64,000 nt of DNA from Actinomycetota bacterium (GTDB lineage: Bacteria; Actinomycetota; UBA4738; CALAEC01): the NCBI GenBank assembly GCA_050693155.1, contig JBOGWA010000146.1:8975-72974 (forward strand). Direction: 5' to 3'. The translations under genes and the position numbers were made by a program. Every line of letters starts with the position of its first letter. Position 1 is the first letter of the stretch. Below the pieces are notes generated by a model that had not been told where the DNA came from, did no database searches, and saw nothing but the letters and a program-made list of their open reading frames with translations. Shown here piece by piece: positions 7,332-16,770 of the stretch.

Positions 7332-10300
7332 CTACCCTACCGTAGGGGTAACCCCTCCCACCACCGGCGACGCTTCTCCGGCGCCTCCCTCTCCGCTGTT
7401 GGCCGGACCGTCGCCCGTGACGGTGGCCCCTCTCCCGAGAAGCATTCGGAGCTCCGACATGAGGGCGCCGGAGCCGTCCACGCGGTAGCCCTGACCCAGC
7501 CGGAGCGTCGTGGGCGCTTCCGAGACGAGCCGAAGCAGAACTTCGCGTGATCCGGGATGGCCCGCCAAGACCTCCTTCAGCCGTGCGAGGAACCCGTTCG
7601 TGCACCGGGAGGTCGACATCTCCAAGACGAGGGCTTCGGCGCGAAACTCGGCCACTCCTGGGTCCTCGTTCTCGGAGAGCGGGCGAACCTGGTTCGCGAC
7701 GATCTGGAGCTCCCGTCCGCGCAGGTCCACCCGCCCCGTTACGAGCACGATCCGGTCGGCCTCGATGAGCTCGGGCGACCGCTCCAGCACCGACGGAAAG
7801 GCGACAACCTGCACGCTACCGGCGAGATCCTCGAGTTGAAAGAGCGCGTACGGATCTCCCTTCCGCGTGTAGCGGCGGGCGGCGGCAGTGATGATCCCGC
7901 CGACCGTGACGACATCGCCATCGCCACGGGCCGCGAGCTCGATGATCTCGAGGTCTGTCTGTTCTTCGAGCCGTTCCCTCACACCGAGGAGTGGATGATC
8001 GGTAACGTACTGACCGAGCATCGCCTTCTCGCGCGAAAGAAGCGCCGACTTCTCGAACTCCTCGCCGCCAAGCACCGATTCGTCGATCTCATGCCCGGCG
8101 AAGGCGCCCGCCCTCCCGAAGAGCGAGAACTGTCCGGCGGCCTCCGCTCTGCGGTCGGCCAGGATGGGCTGCGCGACTTTCTCATACGCCTCGAAAAGAC
8201 CGCGCCTCGAGTAGCCGAGCGAATCAAACGCCCCCGCGAGGATGAGGCTCTCGAGCACCTTCTTGTGCAGCACGCCCGCATCCACCTTTCGGCAGAAATC
8301 CGTGAACGAGGAGAAGGCGCCCTTCGTGCGGCGGGCATCGATGATCTGCGCGACGGCGCCCTCTCCCACGTTCCGAACCGCTGAAAGGCCGAACCGGATC
8401 GATCCCTCCGCTGGAGTGAAATCGACGTCGGAGCGGTTCACGTCCGGGGGAAGGACCTCGATGCCCATCACCCGACACTGATTCAGATAGAAGGGCTTGC
8501 GGTCCTTGGCGTCCTTGACGCTCGTGAGGAGCGCAGCCATGTACTCGAGGGGGGCGTGACGTTTCAGGTATGCGGTCTGATAGGCGACGAGCGCATACCC
8601 GCACGCGTGGGAGGCATTGAATCCGTAGTCGGCAAAGGGGACGATCAGGTCGAAGACGTCCTGCGCGAGCCGTTCGTCGTAGCCGCGATCCTTGGCGCCG
8701 GCCACGAAGGTCTCCCGATGCGGGATGAGCTTTTCCCGAATCTTCTTCCCCATCGCCTCGCGAAGGAGGTCGGCCTGCCCCATCGTGTACCCGCCCATCC
8801 TCACGGCGATCTCCATCACCTGTTCCTGATAGACGATGACGCCGTAGGTGTCCTTCAGGATCGGTTCCAGATCGGAGTGAGGGAACACTACGGGTCGGCG
8901 TCCGTGCTTTCGCTCGGCGTACTCGGTGTGCATGCCCGCGCTGAGCGGCCCGGGCCGGTAGAGCGCAACGAGCGCCATCAGGTCTTCAAACCGGGTCGGG
9001 GCAAGCTCCCGAATGAGCGAACGCATCCCCGAGCCTTCGAGCTGGAACACGCCGGTCGTATCGCCTCGGCGGAGCATGTCGTACGTCGGCTCGTCGTCGA
9101 GCGGGACCCGGTCGATGTCGACCGTCTCCCCGCGTTCGCGAAGAAGCCGAACCGTATCCTCGATGACCGAGAGAGTCCGAAGGCCGAGGAAATCCATCTT
9201 GAGAAGTCCGAGCTCCTCGACGTGGTGCATGTCGAACTGCGTCACGATGCGCCGGGAGTCGTCTCGTGAGTCTTTTCCAAGCTTGAGGGGGAGGTAGGTC
9301 ACCAGCGGCGCATCGCCGATCACGACGCCGGCCGCATGGACGGAGTCCTCTCGCCGCAGCCCCTCCAGGGCTCGAGCGGTGTCGATGATCTCCTTTCCCT
9401 CGGGCTCCTTTTCGTAGGCGTCCTTCAGCTCGCGGGAGTGTTCCAGGGCCCGGCTGATGGGATGCTCCCGCCCGAGAATCGCCGGCGGGAACATCTTTGC
9501 GAGCCGGTCTCCGACCGACGCCGGATACCCAAGCACCCGAGCCGCATCCCGGATGCCTTGCTTTCCCTTGATCGTCTGGAACGTGACGATCTGGGCCACG
9601 TGGTCCTCGCCGTACCGGTCGCGAACGTACTCGATGACCTCGTCACGGCGACGCTCGTCGAAGTCCATGTCGATGTCCGGCGGCTTCTTTCGCTCCGGAT
9701 TGAGGAAGCGCTCGAAGATCAATCCGTAGCGAAGCGGATCGATATCGGTGATCCTGAGGCAGTACGCCGCCACGGACCCCGCGGCCGATCCCCGCCCCGG
9801 TCCGACACGGATCCCTCGCTCCCTTGCGAATCGAATGAGATCCCACACGATGAGGAAGTAGGCGGAGAACCCCATCGATCGGATCACGTCGAGCTCCCGC
9901 TCGAGCCGTGTTCGCAGCTCTGCGCTCAACTCGCCGTACCGCTCCTCCGCTCCCCGCAGCGCCAGTTCCCTCAGGTAGGAGTCGAGGTCGAAGCCCTCGG
10001 GCGGAACGAATCGCGGCAGGTGCGATTCGCCCAGCGTGATCTCGAGGTCGCATCGCTCCGCGATCTCGAGCGTGGCGTCGCAAGCCTCGGGGAACTCCGC
10101 GAAGACCGTCCGCATCTCCTCGGCCGACTTCACGTAGAACTCCTCGGTATCGAATTTGAGCCGATCCGTATCCGCCAGAACCTTGCCGGGCTGCTGGATG
10201 CACAGGAGCACGTCGTGGGCACGCGCGTCCTGTTTTCGCGTGTAGTGCGTGTCGTTCGTGGCCACGAGCCTGAGGCCCAAGCCCTGCGCGAGACGCGTGA

Positions 10301-10874
10301 GACCCGGAAGCACCGTTCGCTGGTCTGGCAGCCCGTGGTCCTGAATCTCGACGAAGAACGCGTCGGGCTCGAAGATGTCTCGGAAGGCGGAGGCGGCCTC
10401 GACCGCCTTCTTCTCCTGACCGGCGATGAGCAGCCGGCAGACCTCGCCGGCCAGGCATCCCGACAGGCCGATCAGGCCCCGGGAGTGCTCCGAGAGGAGG
10501 TCACGGTCGATTCTCGGCCGGTGGTAGAAGCCTTCGATATGCGCGGCGCTCGTTAGACGAAGCAGATTCCGATAGCCCTCATTGTTTCGGGCGAGGAGGG
10601 TGAGGTGGCGGTACTTCTCCTCGTTCTCGCCGGGCGCACGGTCGAACCGGGACCCCGGAGCAACGTAGGCCTCCATGCCGACGATCGGCCTGACCCCACG
10701 CTCGCGGCCGGCCTTGTAGAAGTCGAGTGCGCCGAACATGGCCCCGTGGTCCGTCAGCCCGAGTGCAGGCATCCCCAGACGGGCCACCGTTTCGAAGAGA
10801 TCATCGACGCGGGAGAAGCCGTCCAGGAGTGAGAACTCGCTGTGCGTGTGCAGATGAACGAAACCGGATCCCAT
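7332..10874 (-). CDS. dnaE: DNA polymerase III alpha subunit (replicative, DnaE1)
   Basis: ~1180 aa. N-terminal PHP motif MGSGFVHLHTHSEFSLLDG. Polymerase core and OB-fold. The ORF track starts 15 nt further upstream at GTG 10889. Confidence 0.95.
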   Translation of the reverse strand: MGSGFVHLHTHSEFSLLDGFSRVDDLFETVARLGMPALGLTDHGAMFGALDFYKAGRERGVRPIVGMEAYVAPGSRFDRAPGENEEKYRHLTLLARNNEGYRNLLRLTSAAHIEGFYHRPRIDRDLLSEHSRGLIGLSGCLAGEVCRLLIAGQEKKAVEAASAFRDIFEPDAFFVEIQDHGLPDQRTVLPGLTRLAQGLGLRLVATNDTHYTRKQDARAHDVLLCIQQPGKVLADTDRLKFDTEEFYVKSAEEMRTVFAEFPEACDATLEIAERCDLEITLGESHLPRFVPPEGFDLDSYLRELALRGAEERYGELSAELRTRLERELDVIRSMGFSAYFLIVWDLIRFARERGIRVGPGRGSAAGSVAAYCLRITDIDPLRYGLIFERFLNPERKKPPDIDMDFDERRRDEVIEYVRDRYGEDHVAQIVTFQTIKGKQGIRDAARVLGYPASVGDRLAKMFPPAILGREHPISRALEHSRELKDAYEKEPEGKEIIDTARALEGLRREDSVHAAGVVIGDAPLVTYLPLKLGKDSRDDSRRIVTQFDMHHVEELGLLKMDFLGLRTLSVIEDTVRLLRERGETVDIDRVPLDDEPTYDMLRRGDTTGVFQLEGSGMRSLIRELAPTRFEDLMALVALYRPGPLSAGMHTEYAERKHGRRPVVFPHSDLEPILKDTYGVIVYQEQVMEIAVRMGGYTMGQADLLREAMGKKIREKLIPHRETFVAGAKDRGYDERLAQDVFDLIVPFADYGFNASHACGYALVAYQTAYLKRHAPLEYMAALLTSVKDAKDRKPFYLNQCRVMGIEVLPPDVNRSDVDFTPAEGSIRFGLSAVRNVGEGAVAQIIDARRTKGAFSSFTDFCRKVDAGVLHKKVLESLILAGAFDSLGYSRRGLFEAYEKVAQPILADRRAEAAGQFSLFGRAGAFAGHEIDESVLGGEEFEKSALLSREKAMLGQYVTDHPLLGVRERLEEQTDLEIIELAARGDGDVVTVGGIITAAARRYTRKGDPYALFQLEDLAGSVQVVAFPSVLERSPELIEADRIVLVTGRVDLRGRELQIVANQVRPLSENEDPGVAEFRAEALVLEMSTSRCTNGFLARLKEVLAGHPGSREVLLRLVSEAPTTLRLGQGYRVDGSGALMSELRMLLGRGATVTGDGPANSGEGGAGEASPVVGGVTPTVG

Positions 10875-10895
10875 AACCGGTTGCGACACCCCCCT

Positions 10896-10972
10896 GAGGT
10901 GTGGAGAAGGTGTGGAAAATCACATGCCTGTGATTCCAGTCCGACTCTATCCCCCGACCGCGCGTGTTGCAA
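10896..10972 (-). promoter_or_regulatory. dnaE1 promoter (-35 TTGCAA / 17 nt / -10 TAGAGT) with a downstream 18-bp perfect palindrome AATCACA-N4-TGTGATT (~10918..10935) and direct repeat GGTGTGGA x2 (~10896..10917)
   Basis: Read directly on the dnaE-sense strand: TTGCAAcacgcgcggtcgggggaTAGAGTcggactggAATCACAggcaTGTGATTttCCACACCttctCCACACC. Confidence 0.5.
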
Positions 10973-10987
10973 CCCGGGGGTCGCGGC

Positions 10988-11662
10988 TCAGTCGGGAGTG
11001 TTCTGCCGGAAAGCGCGGAAGGAGCCGACGATGTCCTGCGTCACGGGCAAGACGTCCTCAGGCGAGGCAGAAGCCTCCACGAATACGGTGATGCCGAAGT
11101 TCCGTTCCGGCCCCTGAACGATGATCGCGAGGAAGCGGATCTCCACGTCGCGCGCGTTCACCCCATGCCCGCTGGCGACATACGCGCGGCGGCCCCCGAT
11201 CTTCTCGTCCTCGACGGCAAGAACCTCTCCGCTCTCGTAGGTCGACCGCGTCGCCTCCGCGAGGCGGAAGCCGGCGAAGCGAAGCGGTCCCTCGGGTCCC
11301 AGGCCGAACGAGATGATGATGTCGTTCGTCGGGTTCGTGAGCTTGACGGCCGTCCCCTTCTCCTCGAGCGTCCACTGCGGCGGGTACCGGAACGCGTAGC
11401 CGAACGTCTCGTTGACGTACCGTTTTTCGAGTCCCCCGAGCAAGGAGGCTTCGTCACCGGTGAGCCAAACCGAGAGGCCGATCGCGATTCCCGCCAGGGC
11501 CAAGATGCCCGCGACGAGCAGGGGCGCCGCCAACGAACGGCGCCGCCCGTGCCTCCGACCTCCCCGAGGTTCCGTAGCAGGGGCGTCTGCGACGCCGGGT
11601 TCCTCGCCCGCCGCCGTCACGCCTTGGTCGGCGCCCGTTCCTTCCGATTTCGTTTCGCTCAT
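10988..11662 (-). CDS. Hypothetical membrane-anchored (N-in) extracytoplasmic protein
   Basis: Arg-rich N-terminus, one transmembrane segment (LLVAGILALAGIAIGLSVWL), then a ~170-aa globular domain (…FGYAFRYPPQWTLEEKG…). Confidence 0.55.
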   Translation of the reverse strand: MSETKSEGTGADQGVTAAGEEPGVADAPATEPRGGRRHGRRRSLAAPLLVAGILALAGIAIGLSVWLTGDEASLLGGLEKRYVNETFGYAFRYPPQWTLEEKGTAVKLTNPTNDIIISFGLGPEGPLRFAGFRLAEATRSTYESGEVLAVEDEKIGGRRAYVASGHGVNARDVEIRFLAIIVQGPERNFGITVFVEASASPEDVLPVTQDIVGSFRAFRQNTPD

Positions 11663-12558
11663 CCTTGTTGGTTGGCTCCTCTGAGCCGATTCAGCACACG
11701 TTCGAGGTCTTGAGGGAGCGGCTCGAGAACGTCGATCGGCCGCCGAGACATCGGGTGCTCGAACTTCAGCCTACACGCGTGCAGGAACGGTCGCTCAAGG
11801 CCCAGGGCGCGCGCGTCCTCCCCCCAACCACCGTACGGGCGATCCCCGAGGATCGGATGCCCGATCGAAGCGAGGTGAACGCGAATCTGGTGCGTCCTCC
11901 CGGTCCGCGGTCGAGCCAGAACCAGCGTTGATCGCGCGAAGCGCTCGAGGGTCTCGAACTCGGTTGCCGATTCGGCTCCCGTCACGGGGGTGACCACGAC
12001 TCGAGCCCCTCGTTTCCCGAGCGGAGCCTCGACCTCAAATGCGTCATTCGCCATGACGCCTCGGACAAGAGCAAGGTATTCGCGATGGACGAGCCGCTCG
12101 CCAAACATCCGGACGAGCGCCCGGTACGCCGCGTCATCCTTCGCCACCACAAGAAGGCCGGACGTTCCCGCGTCCAGACGATGAACGATCCCCGGACGTT
12201 CGGCCCCCGCAGCCGAAGCGAGGGGAAGACCCATACCGAGCAGCCGATTCACCAAGGTCCCCTCCCGGCGACGAGCGGTTGGATGCGTGAGCACCCCGGC
12301 CGGCTTCACGACGACGAGCAGACGCTCGTCCTCATAGCGAACACGAACACCGCCTGGCTCCGGCGCCAGCGGAACAATGGACTCGAGGTCCGCCTCGATC
12401 CGCTCGCCTCCCTGGAGGCGGAAGGACTTCGGTCGCGGCACACCATCAACGCGCACTCGCCCTTCCCCGATCGCGCGCTGCACGTCCGCGCGAGGGATGC
12501 TCGCCGCGGCCGCCAACACGGCGTCGAGCCGGCCCGGCGTCGCGGTGGCCCGGAACAT
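11659..12558 (-). CDS. rluD: 23S rRNA pseudouridine synthase, RluD/RluA family
   Basis: S4-like N-terminal domain plus catalytic motif GIVHRLDAGTSGLLVVAKD; lies downstream of lspA, the conserved lspA-rluD order. Start trimmed to ATG ~12558 (MFRATATPGRLD). Confidence 0.9.
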   Translation of the reverse strand: MFRATATPGRLDAVLAAAASIPRADVQRAIGEGRVRVDGVPRPKSFRLQGGERIEADLESIVPLAPEPGGVRVRYEDERLLVVVKPAGVLTHPTARRREGTLVNRLLGMGLPLASAAGAERPGIVHRLDAGTSGLLVVAKDDAAYRALVRMFGERLVHREYLALVRGVMANDAFEVEAPLGKRGARVVVTPVTGAESATEFETLERFARSTLVLARPRTGRTHQIRVHLASIGHPILGDRPYGGWGEDARALGLERPFLHACRLKFEHPMSRRPIDVLEPLPQDLERVLNRLRGANQQG

Positions 12559-12572
12559 CGCCACCACAGCCC

Positions 12573-13065
12573 CTACGTCGCACCATCCTCGCCGTGCTGA
12601 TTGCGACGTGATCGCCCGACGCCCGCAACGAGAAGCAGCGCGGCGCCGATCACGATCGCGGAATCGGCGAGGTTGAACACGGGCCAAATCTGAAGGTCGA
12701 CGAAGTCCACCACCCGCCCTGAGAATCCCGGGCCGCGCAGGGCTCGGTCGGTGAGATTGCCCACCGCCCCGCCCAGCAGGAGTCCGAGCGCGACAGCAAC
12801 CTGCCGGCCGGGGAGATCGCGAGAGGCGAATGCAATGAGCGCGATCACGACCAAGCTGGCCGCAACGAAGAGCCACGTCACGCCACCGAAGAGCCCGAAC
12901 GCCCCACCCGCGTTCGTGACGTATCGCAACTCGACAACGCCGGAGATGAGCTCGATGGGTGGTCGCCCACGGAGATGCTCCTCCGCGAGCGACTTCGTTA
13001 TCTGATCGAGGCCGTATATCGCGGCCGCCGCCGCGTAGAGCAGTAGCGCCCGGCGCGCCCTCACG
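12573..13065 (-). CDS. lspA: Lipoprotein signal peptidase II
   Basis: Motifs …NAGGAFGLFGG… and …VVDFVDLQIWPVFNLADSAIVIGAALL…. Start set to GTG ~13065, immediately after the upstream gene stop. Confidence 0.9.
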
Positions 13066-13071
13066 CGATCC

Positions 13072-13464
13072 TCAGCGGGTGCGCTCCTCCGCCTGCTTGT
13101 CCTTGATGCAGAGTCGGGCGTAGGGGAGCGCCTTGATCCTCGCCTTCTCGATCGTCCTACCGCATCGTTCGCAGATCCCGTACGTCCCGTCGTCGATCCG
13201 TACGACGGCACGGTCGATCTGTTCGATCAGATCCTTCAGGTTCTCGGCCAGGGAGAGGTCGCGTTCGCGCTCGAAGGTGAAGGTGCCGGAGTCCGCGTAC
13301 TCCTCGTCGAAGGCTGCCTCGCCCGAGAGCTCTGACTGGGAAGTCCCAAGAGAGGTCTCCTCGATCTCGGCGAACTGGGCCTCCAGCTGCTCGCGCTCCT
13401 GCTCGAGCTGCTTGCGAATCGTCTGCAGCTGTCGCTTCGTGAAGGGGCGCTTGGCGGGCGGCAT
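13072..13464 (-). CDS. DksA/TraR-family C4 zinc-finger protein
   Basis: ~130 aa with a coiled-coil N-terminus and a C-terminal CERCGRTIEKARIKALPYARLC zinc finger. Divergent from ileS. Confidence 0.7.
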   Translation of the reverse strand: MPPAKRPFTKRQLQTIRKQLEQEREQLEAQFAEIEETSLGTSQSELSGEAAFDEEYADSGTFTFERERDLSLAENLKDLIEQIDRAVVRIDDGTYGICERCGRTIEKARIKALPYARLCIKDKQAEERTR

Positions 13465-13584
13465 CAGCGCCGCGGGACGGTAGCACAATCCGGGCTCTTC
13501 GAACGGCTCTAGAATGGCCGGCCGAGCACGCAGGCGTCCGGCTCGCGGCGGCCGTCGACCGCGACTACCTTCCGAGAGGAACTG

Positions 13585-16500
13585 GTGCCGAGATACCGTC
13601 CGGTCGATTCACGCGTCGACTTCCCCGCGCTCGAGGGACGCATCCTCGAGTTCTGGCGCAAAGCGCGCATCTTCGAGAAGAGCCTCGAGTCGCGGCGCGG
13701 AGCTCCTGAGTGGGTCTTCTATGAAGGACCCCCCACGGCGAACGGGAAGCCGGGCATCCATCACGTTGTCTCGCGCACGTTCAAAGACGTCTTCCCTCGA
13801 TATCGGGCCATGACGGGTCACTACGTCCATCGGAAGGCCGGATGGGACTGCCACGGTCTTCCCGTCGAGCTCGAGATCGAAAAGGAGATCGGAACGCAGA
13901 CGAAGCGAGACATCGAGGAGTTCGGCATCCGCGAGTTCAACGCGCGCTGCCGCGAATCCGTCACCCGATACGTGAAAGATTGGGAGCGCCTGACTGAGCG
14001 GATCGGCTTTTGGCTGGACCTCTCCGAGGCCTATTGGACGATGACCCCCGACTACATCGAGAGCGTGTGGTGGTCGCTCAAGCGGCTCCACGAGCTGGGA
14101 CTCCTCTTCGAGGACGATCGGTCGGCCGCATACTGTCCGAGGTGCGGGACGGGGCTGTCGGATCATGAAGTGGCCCTCGGGTACACAACGGTGACCGATC
14201 CGAGCGTGACCGTTCGCTTCCCCGTCACGAGTGGGCCCCTCGCCGAGCGAGGGGCGTCGATCCTCGCGTGGACGACCACTCCCTATACGCTGACGGCGAA
14301 CGTCGCCCTCGCCGTTCACCCGGAGATCACCTACGCGGTCGTCCGGTCGAACGGCGAGCCGCTCGTGGTCGCCGAAGCGCTCGCCCCGAAGCTCTTCGGA
14401 GACGACGTGGTCATCGAAGAACGTCTGCCGGCGAACGACCTCGCCGGGCTCTCGTACGAGCCACCGTTCGACTTCATCGGGGGGGACGGCAACGCTCACA
14501 TCGTGGTGACCGGGGACTTCGTCACGACCGCGGAGGGGACAGGCGTCGTTCACATCGCGCCGGCGTTCGGCCAGGACGACCTTGACACGGGCAGGCGGTT
14601 TGGGCTCGCCATGGTGAACCCGATGGACGAGCGGGGCCGGCTGACGGATCTCGCCGGACCGTACACAGGTATGCCGGTGAAAGAGGCCGATCCGCACATC
14701 ACCCGGGATCTCGAGGGCAGCGGAAAGCTCTGGGCCTCCTCTCCTTACGAGCACACCTATCCGTTGTGCTGGCGATGTGACACGCCGCTCATCTACTGGG
14801 CTCGGCAGTCCTGGTACGTGGGCACGAGGGAACGTAAACAGCAGCTCCTCGATGCGAATGAGGATGTCGGCTGGTACCCGGAACACATCAAGCACGGCCG
14901 GTACGGAGACTGGCTCCGGAACAACGTCGACTGGGCCCTCTCCCGCGAACGGTTCTGGGGGACTCCCCTTCCGATCTGGCGCTGCGAGAACCGTCACGAC
15001 ACCGTGGTCGGATCGCTGACCGAGCTCTCAGACCTCGCCGGTCGTGACGTCACCCGGGTCGATCCCCACCGCCCGGATATCGACGAGGTCATGCTCTCCT
15101 GTCCCGAGTGCGGCGCCGACGCTCGACGGGTTCCCGAGGTCATCGACGCTTGGTACGACTCGGGAGCGATGCCCTTCGCCCAATGGGGCTATCACCCCGA
15201 CCTCGGGCGAGGAGCCGCCGAGTTCGAACGTCGTTTCCCGGCGGACTTCATTTGTGAGGCCGTGGACCAGACGCGCGGCTGGTTCTACTCGCTCATGGCG
15301 GAGGGGGTCCTGCTCTTCGACCAGTCGGCCTATCGGAACTGCGTGGTCCTCGGTCTCATCGTCGACAAGGACGGACGAAAGATGTCGACCAGGGTGGGCA
15401 ACGCCCTCGATCCGTGGACGGTTCTAGACCGCTACGGCGCCGACGCGTTGCGGTGGTTCCTGGTCGCGGCCGGCTCTCCATGGACCGAGCGTCGCGTTTA
15501 CCCCGAGGCCGTCGAAGACGTCGTCAGGCGGTTCCTGCTCACCCTCTGGAACACCTACGCCTTCTTCGTGACCTACGCCAACCTGGACGACGCCGATCCC
15601 GGGGGCCCGGCCGTTCCGCTCGCAGATCGCCCACCGATCGATCGATGGGCCCTCTCGCGACTCCACGGGGTGGTCGCGCACGTTCGAGACGCGCTCGAGA
15701 GCTATGACGCAACCGGGGCGGCGCGAGAGATCGACACCTTCGTCGACGATCTATCGAACTGGTACGTGCGCCGGAGCCGGCGCCGCTTCTGGGATCCGGC
15801 CCGAACTACGGACGCGGCGACGAAAGGGGCTGCCTACCAAACCCTGTACGAGTGTCTGGCGACCCTTGCCGGGCTGCTCGCGCCCTTCACCCCGTTCGTC
15901 GCAGAGGAGATCTACGGGAATCTCGCTCCGGCAGGATCGCCAGAGTCCGTGCATCTTTCGGATTACCCTTCACCCGACGACGCTCATCGGGACCCCGAAC
16001 TCGAGGCAGCCATGGACGTCTCGCGCAAACTGGTCACGCTGGGCCGCGCAGCTCGCACCCAAGCGGGTGCGCGCGTTCGCCAGCCGCTCGCTCGAGCGCT
16101 CATCCACGTTCCCGGCGATCCACGCCGACTGGACCCCCTCATCGATCTGATCGCCGAAGAGCTGAACGTGCGCACGGTCCAGTTCGCGGAGACCGCAGGG
16201 GAGCTCACGACCGTGCGGGTGAGACCGAATTTCCGGGTCCTCGGACCCAGGCTCGGCGCCCGGGCTCAGGAAGTCGGCCGCGTGCTCGCCGACGATGACG
16301 GCCGCCTCGCCGCCGACCTCGCGGCCGGTCGCTCCGTCATGGTTCCACTCGGCTCCGGGGAAGCGGTCGAACTGGCGCCCGATGACGTCGAGGTGCTCCA
16401 CGAGCCAGGGGCGAGCTGGGGCGTTGCGGCCGAGGGCGGGCTCACGGTTGCGCTCGACGTCGAGATATCCCCCGAGCTCAAGCGTGAAGGACTCGCGCGC

Positions 16501-16770
16501 GAGATCGTGCACGCCGTCCAGGGAGCGAGAAAAACCGCGGGCCTTGCCGTTGCCGATCGCATCGAACTCTCCATCGATGCCGAGGGCGAGGCTGCGGAGG
16601 CGGTGAAAGAGCACCGGGACTTGATCTCGGCGGAGGTGCTTGCAACCCAGCTGGCCCTGGGTCTCGCCTCATTGGACGACGGAACCGTGGTTCATACGGA
16701 TCGCATCGATCTCGACGGCGTGAACGTCGGAATCGCCATCAGAAAGGTGGCGTCCTTCTCAGGGAGCTAG
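13585..16770 (+). CDS. ileS: Isoleucine--tRNA ligase
   Basis: 1061 aa. Class I HIGH and KMSKS(-like KMSTR) motifs (…PPTANGKPGIHHVVSRT…; …GRKMSTRVGNAL…), editing domain, and a zinc-binding C-terminus. GTG start with SD GAGAGGAA. Confidence 0.95.
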   Translation: MPRYRPVDSRVDFPALEGRILEFWRKARIFEKSLESRRGAPEWVFYEGPPTANGKPGIHHVVSRTFKDVFPRYRAMTGHYVHRKAGWDCHGLPVELEIEKEIGTQTKRDIEEFGIREFNARCRESVTRYVKDWERLTERIGFWLDLSEAYWTMTPDYIESVWWSLKRLHELGLLFEDDRSAAYCPRCGTGLSDHEVALGYTTVTDPSVTVRFPVTSGPLAERGASILAWTTTPYTLTANVALAVHPEITYAVVRSNGEPLVVAEALAPKLFGDDVVIEERLPANDLAGLSYEPPFDFIGGDGNAHIVVTGDFVTTAEGTGVVHIAPAFGQDDLDTGRRFGLAMVNPMDERGRLTDLAGPYTGMPVKEADPHITRDLEGSGKLWASSPYEHTYPLCWRCDTPLIYWARQSWYVGTRERKQQLLDANEDVGWYPEHIKHGRYGDWLRNNVDWALSRERFWGTPLPIWRCENRHDTVVGSLTELSDLAGRDVTRVDPHRPDIDEVMLSCPECGADARRVPEVIDAWYDSGAMPFAQWGYHPDLGRGAAEFERRFPADFICEAVDQTRGWFYSLMAEGVLLFDQSAYRNCVVLGLIVDKDGRKMSTRVGNALDPWTVLDRYGADALRWFLVAAGSPWTERRVYPEAVEDVVRRFLLTLWNTYAFFVTYANLDDADPGGPAVPLADRPPIDRWALSRLHGVVAHVRDALESYDATGAAREIDTFVDDLSNWYVRRSRRRFWDPARTTDAATKGAAYQTLYECLATLAGLLAPFTPFVAEEIYGNLAPAGSPESVHLSDYPSPDDAHRDPELEAAMDVSRKLVTLGRAARTQAGARVRQPLARALIHVPGDPRRLDPLIDLIAEELNVRTVQFAETAGELTTVRVRPNFRVLGPRLGARAQEVGRVLADDDGRLAADLAAGRSVMVPLGSGEAVELAPDDVEVLHEPGASWGVAAEGGLTVALDVEISPELKREGLAREIVHAVQGARKTAGLAVADRIELSIDAEGEAAEAVKEHRDLISAEVLATQLALGLASLDDGTVVHTDRIDLDGVNVGIAIRKVASFSGS

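Noticed and set aside
7557-8384. Long plus-strand ORFs antisense to dnaE1 (for example 7557..8384, 8556..9269, 9336..10556)
   Set aside because: They lie entirely inside the well-supported minus-strand dnaE1 gene. Their Arg/Pro/Gly-rich composition is typical of out-of-frame or antisense translation in 70% GC DNA.
13465-13584. Confident call of a T-box riboswitch upstream of ileS
   Set aside because: It is expected from actinobacterial ileS biology. By eye I could find only a partial resemblance (GGUGCCG) to the T-box consensus and no clear specifier or antisequestrator pairing. It is kept as a low-priority hypothesis, not a feature.
13609-14997. 462-aa minus-strand ORF inside ileS
   Set aside because: Antisense shadow ORF of ileS; no recognisable motifs.
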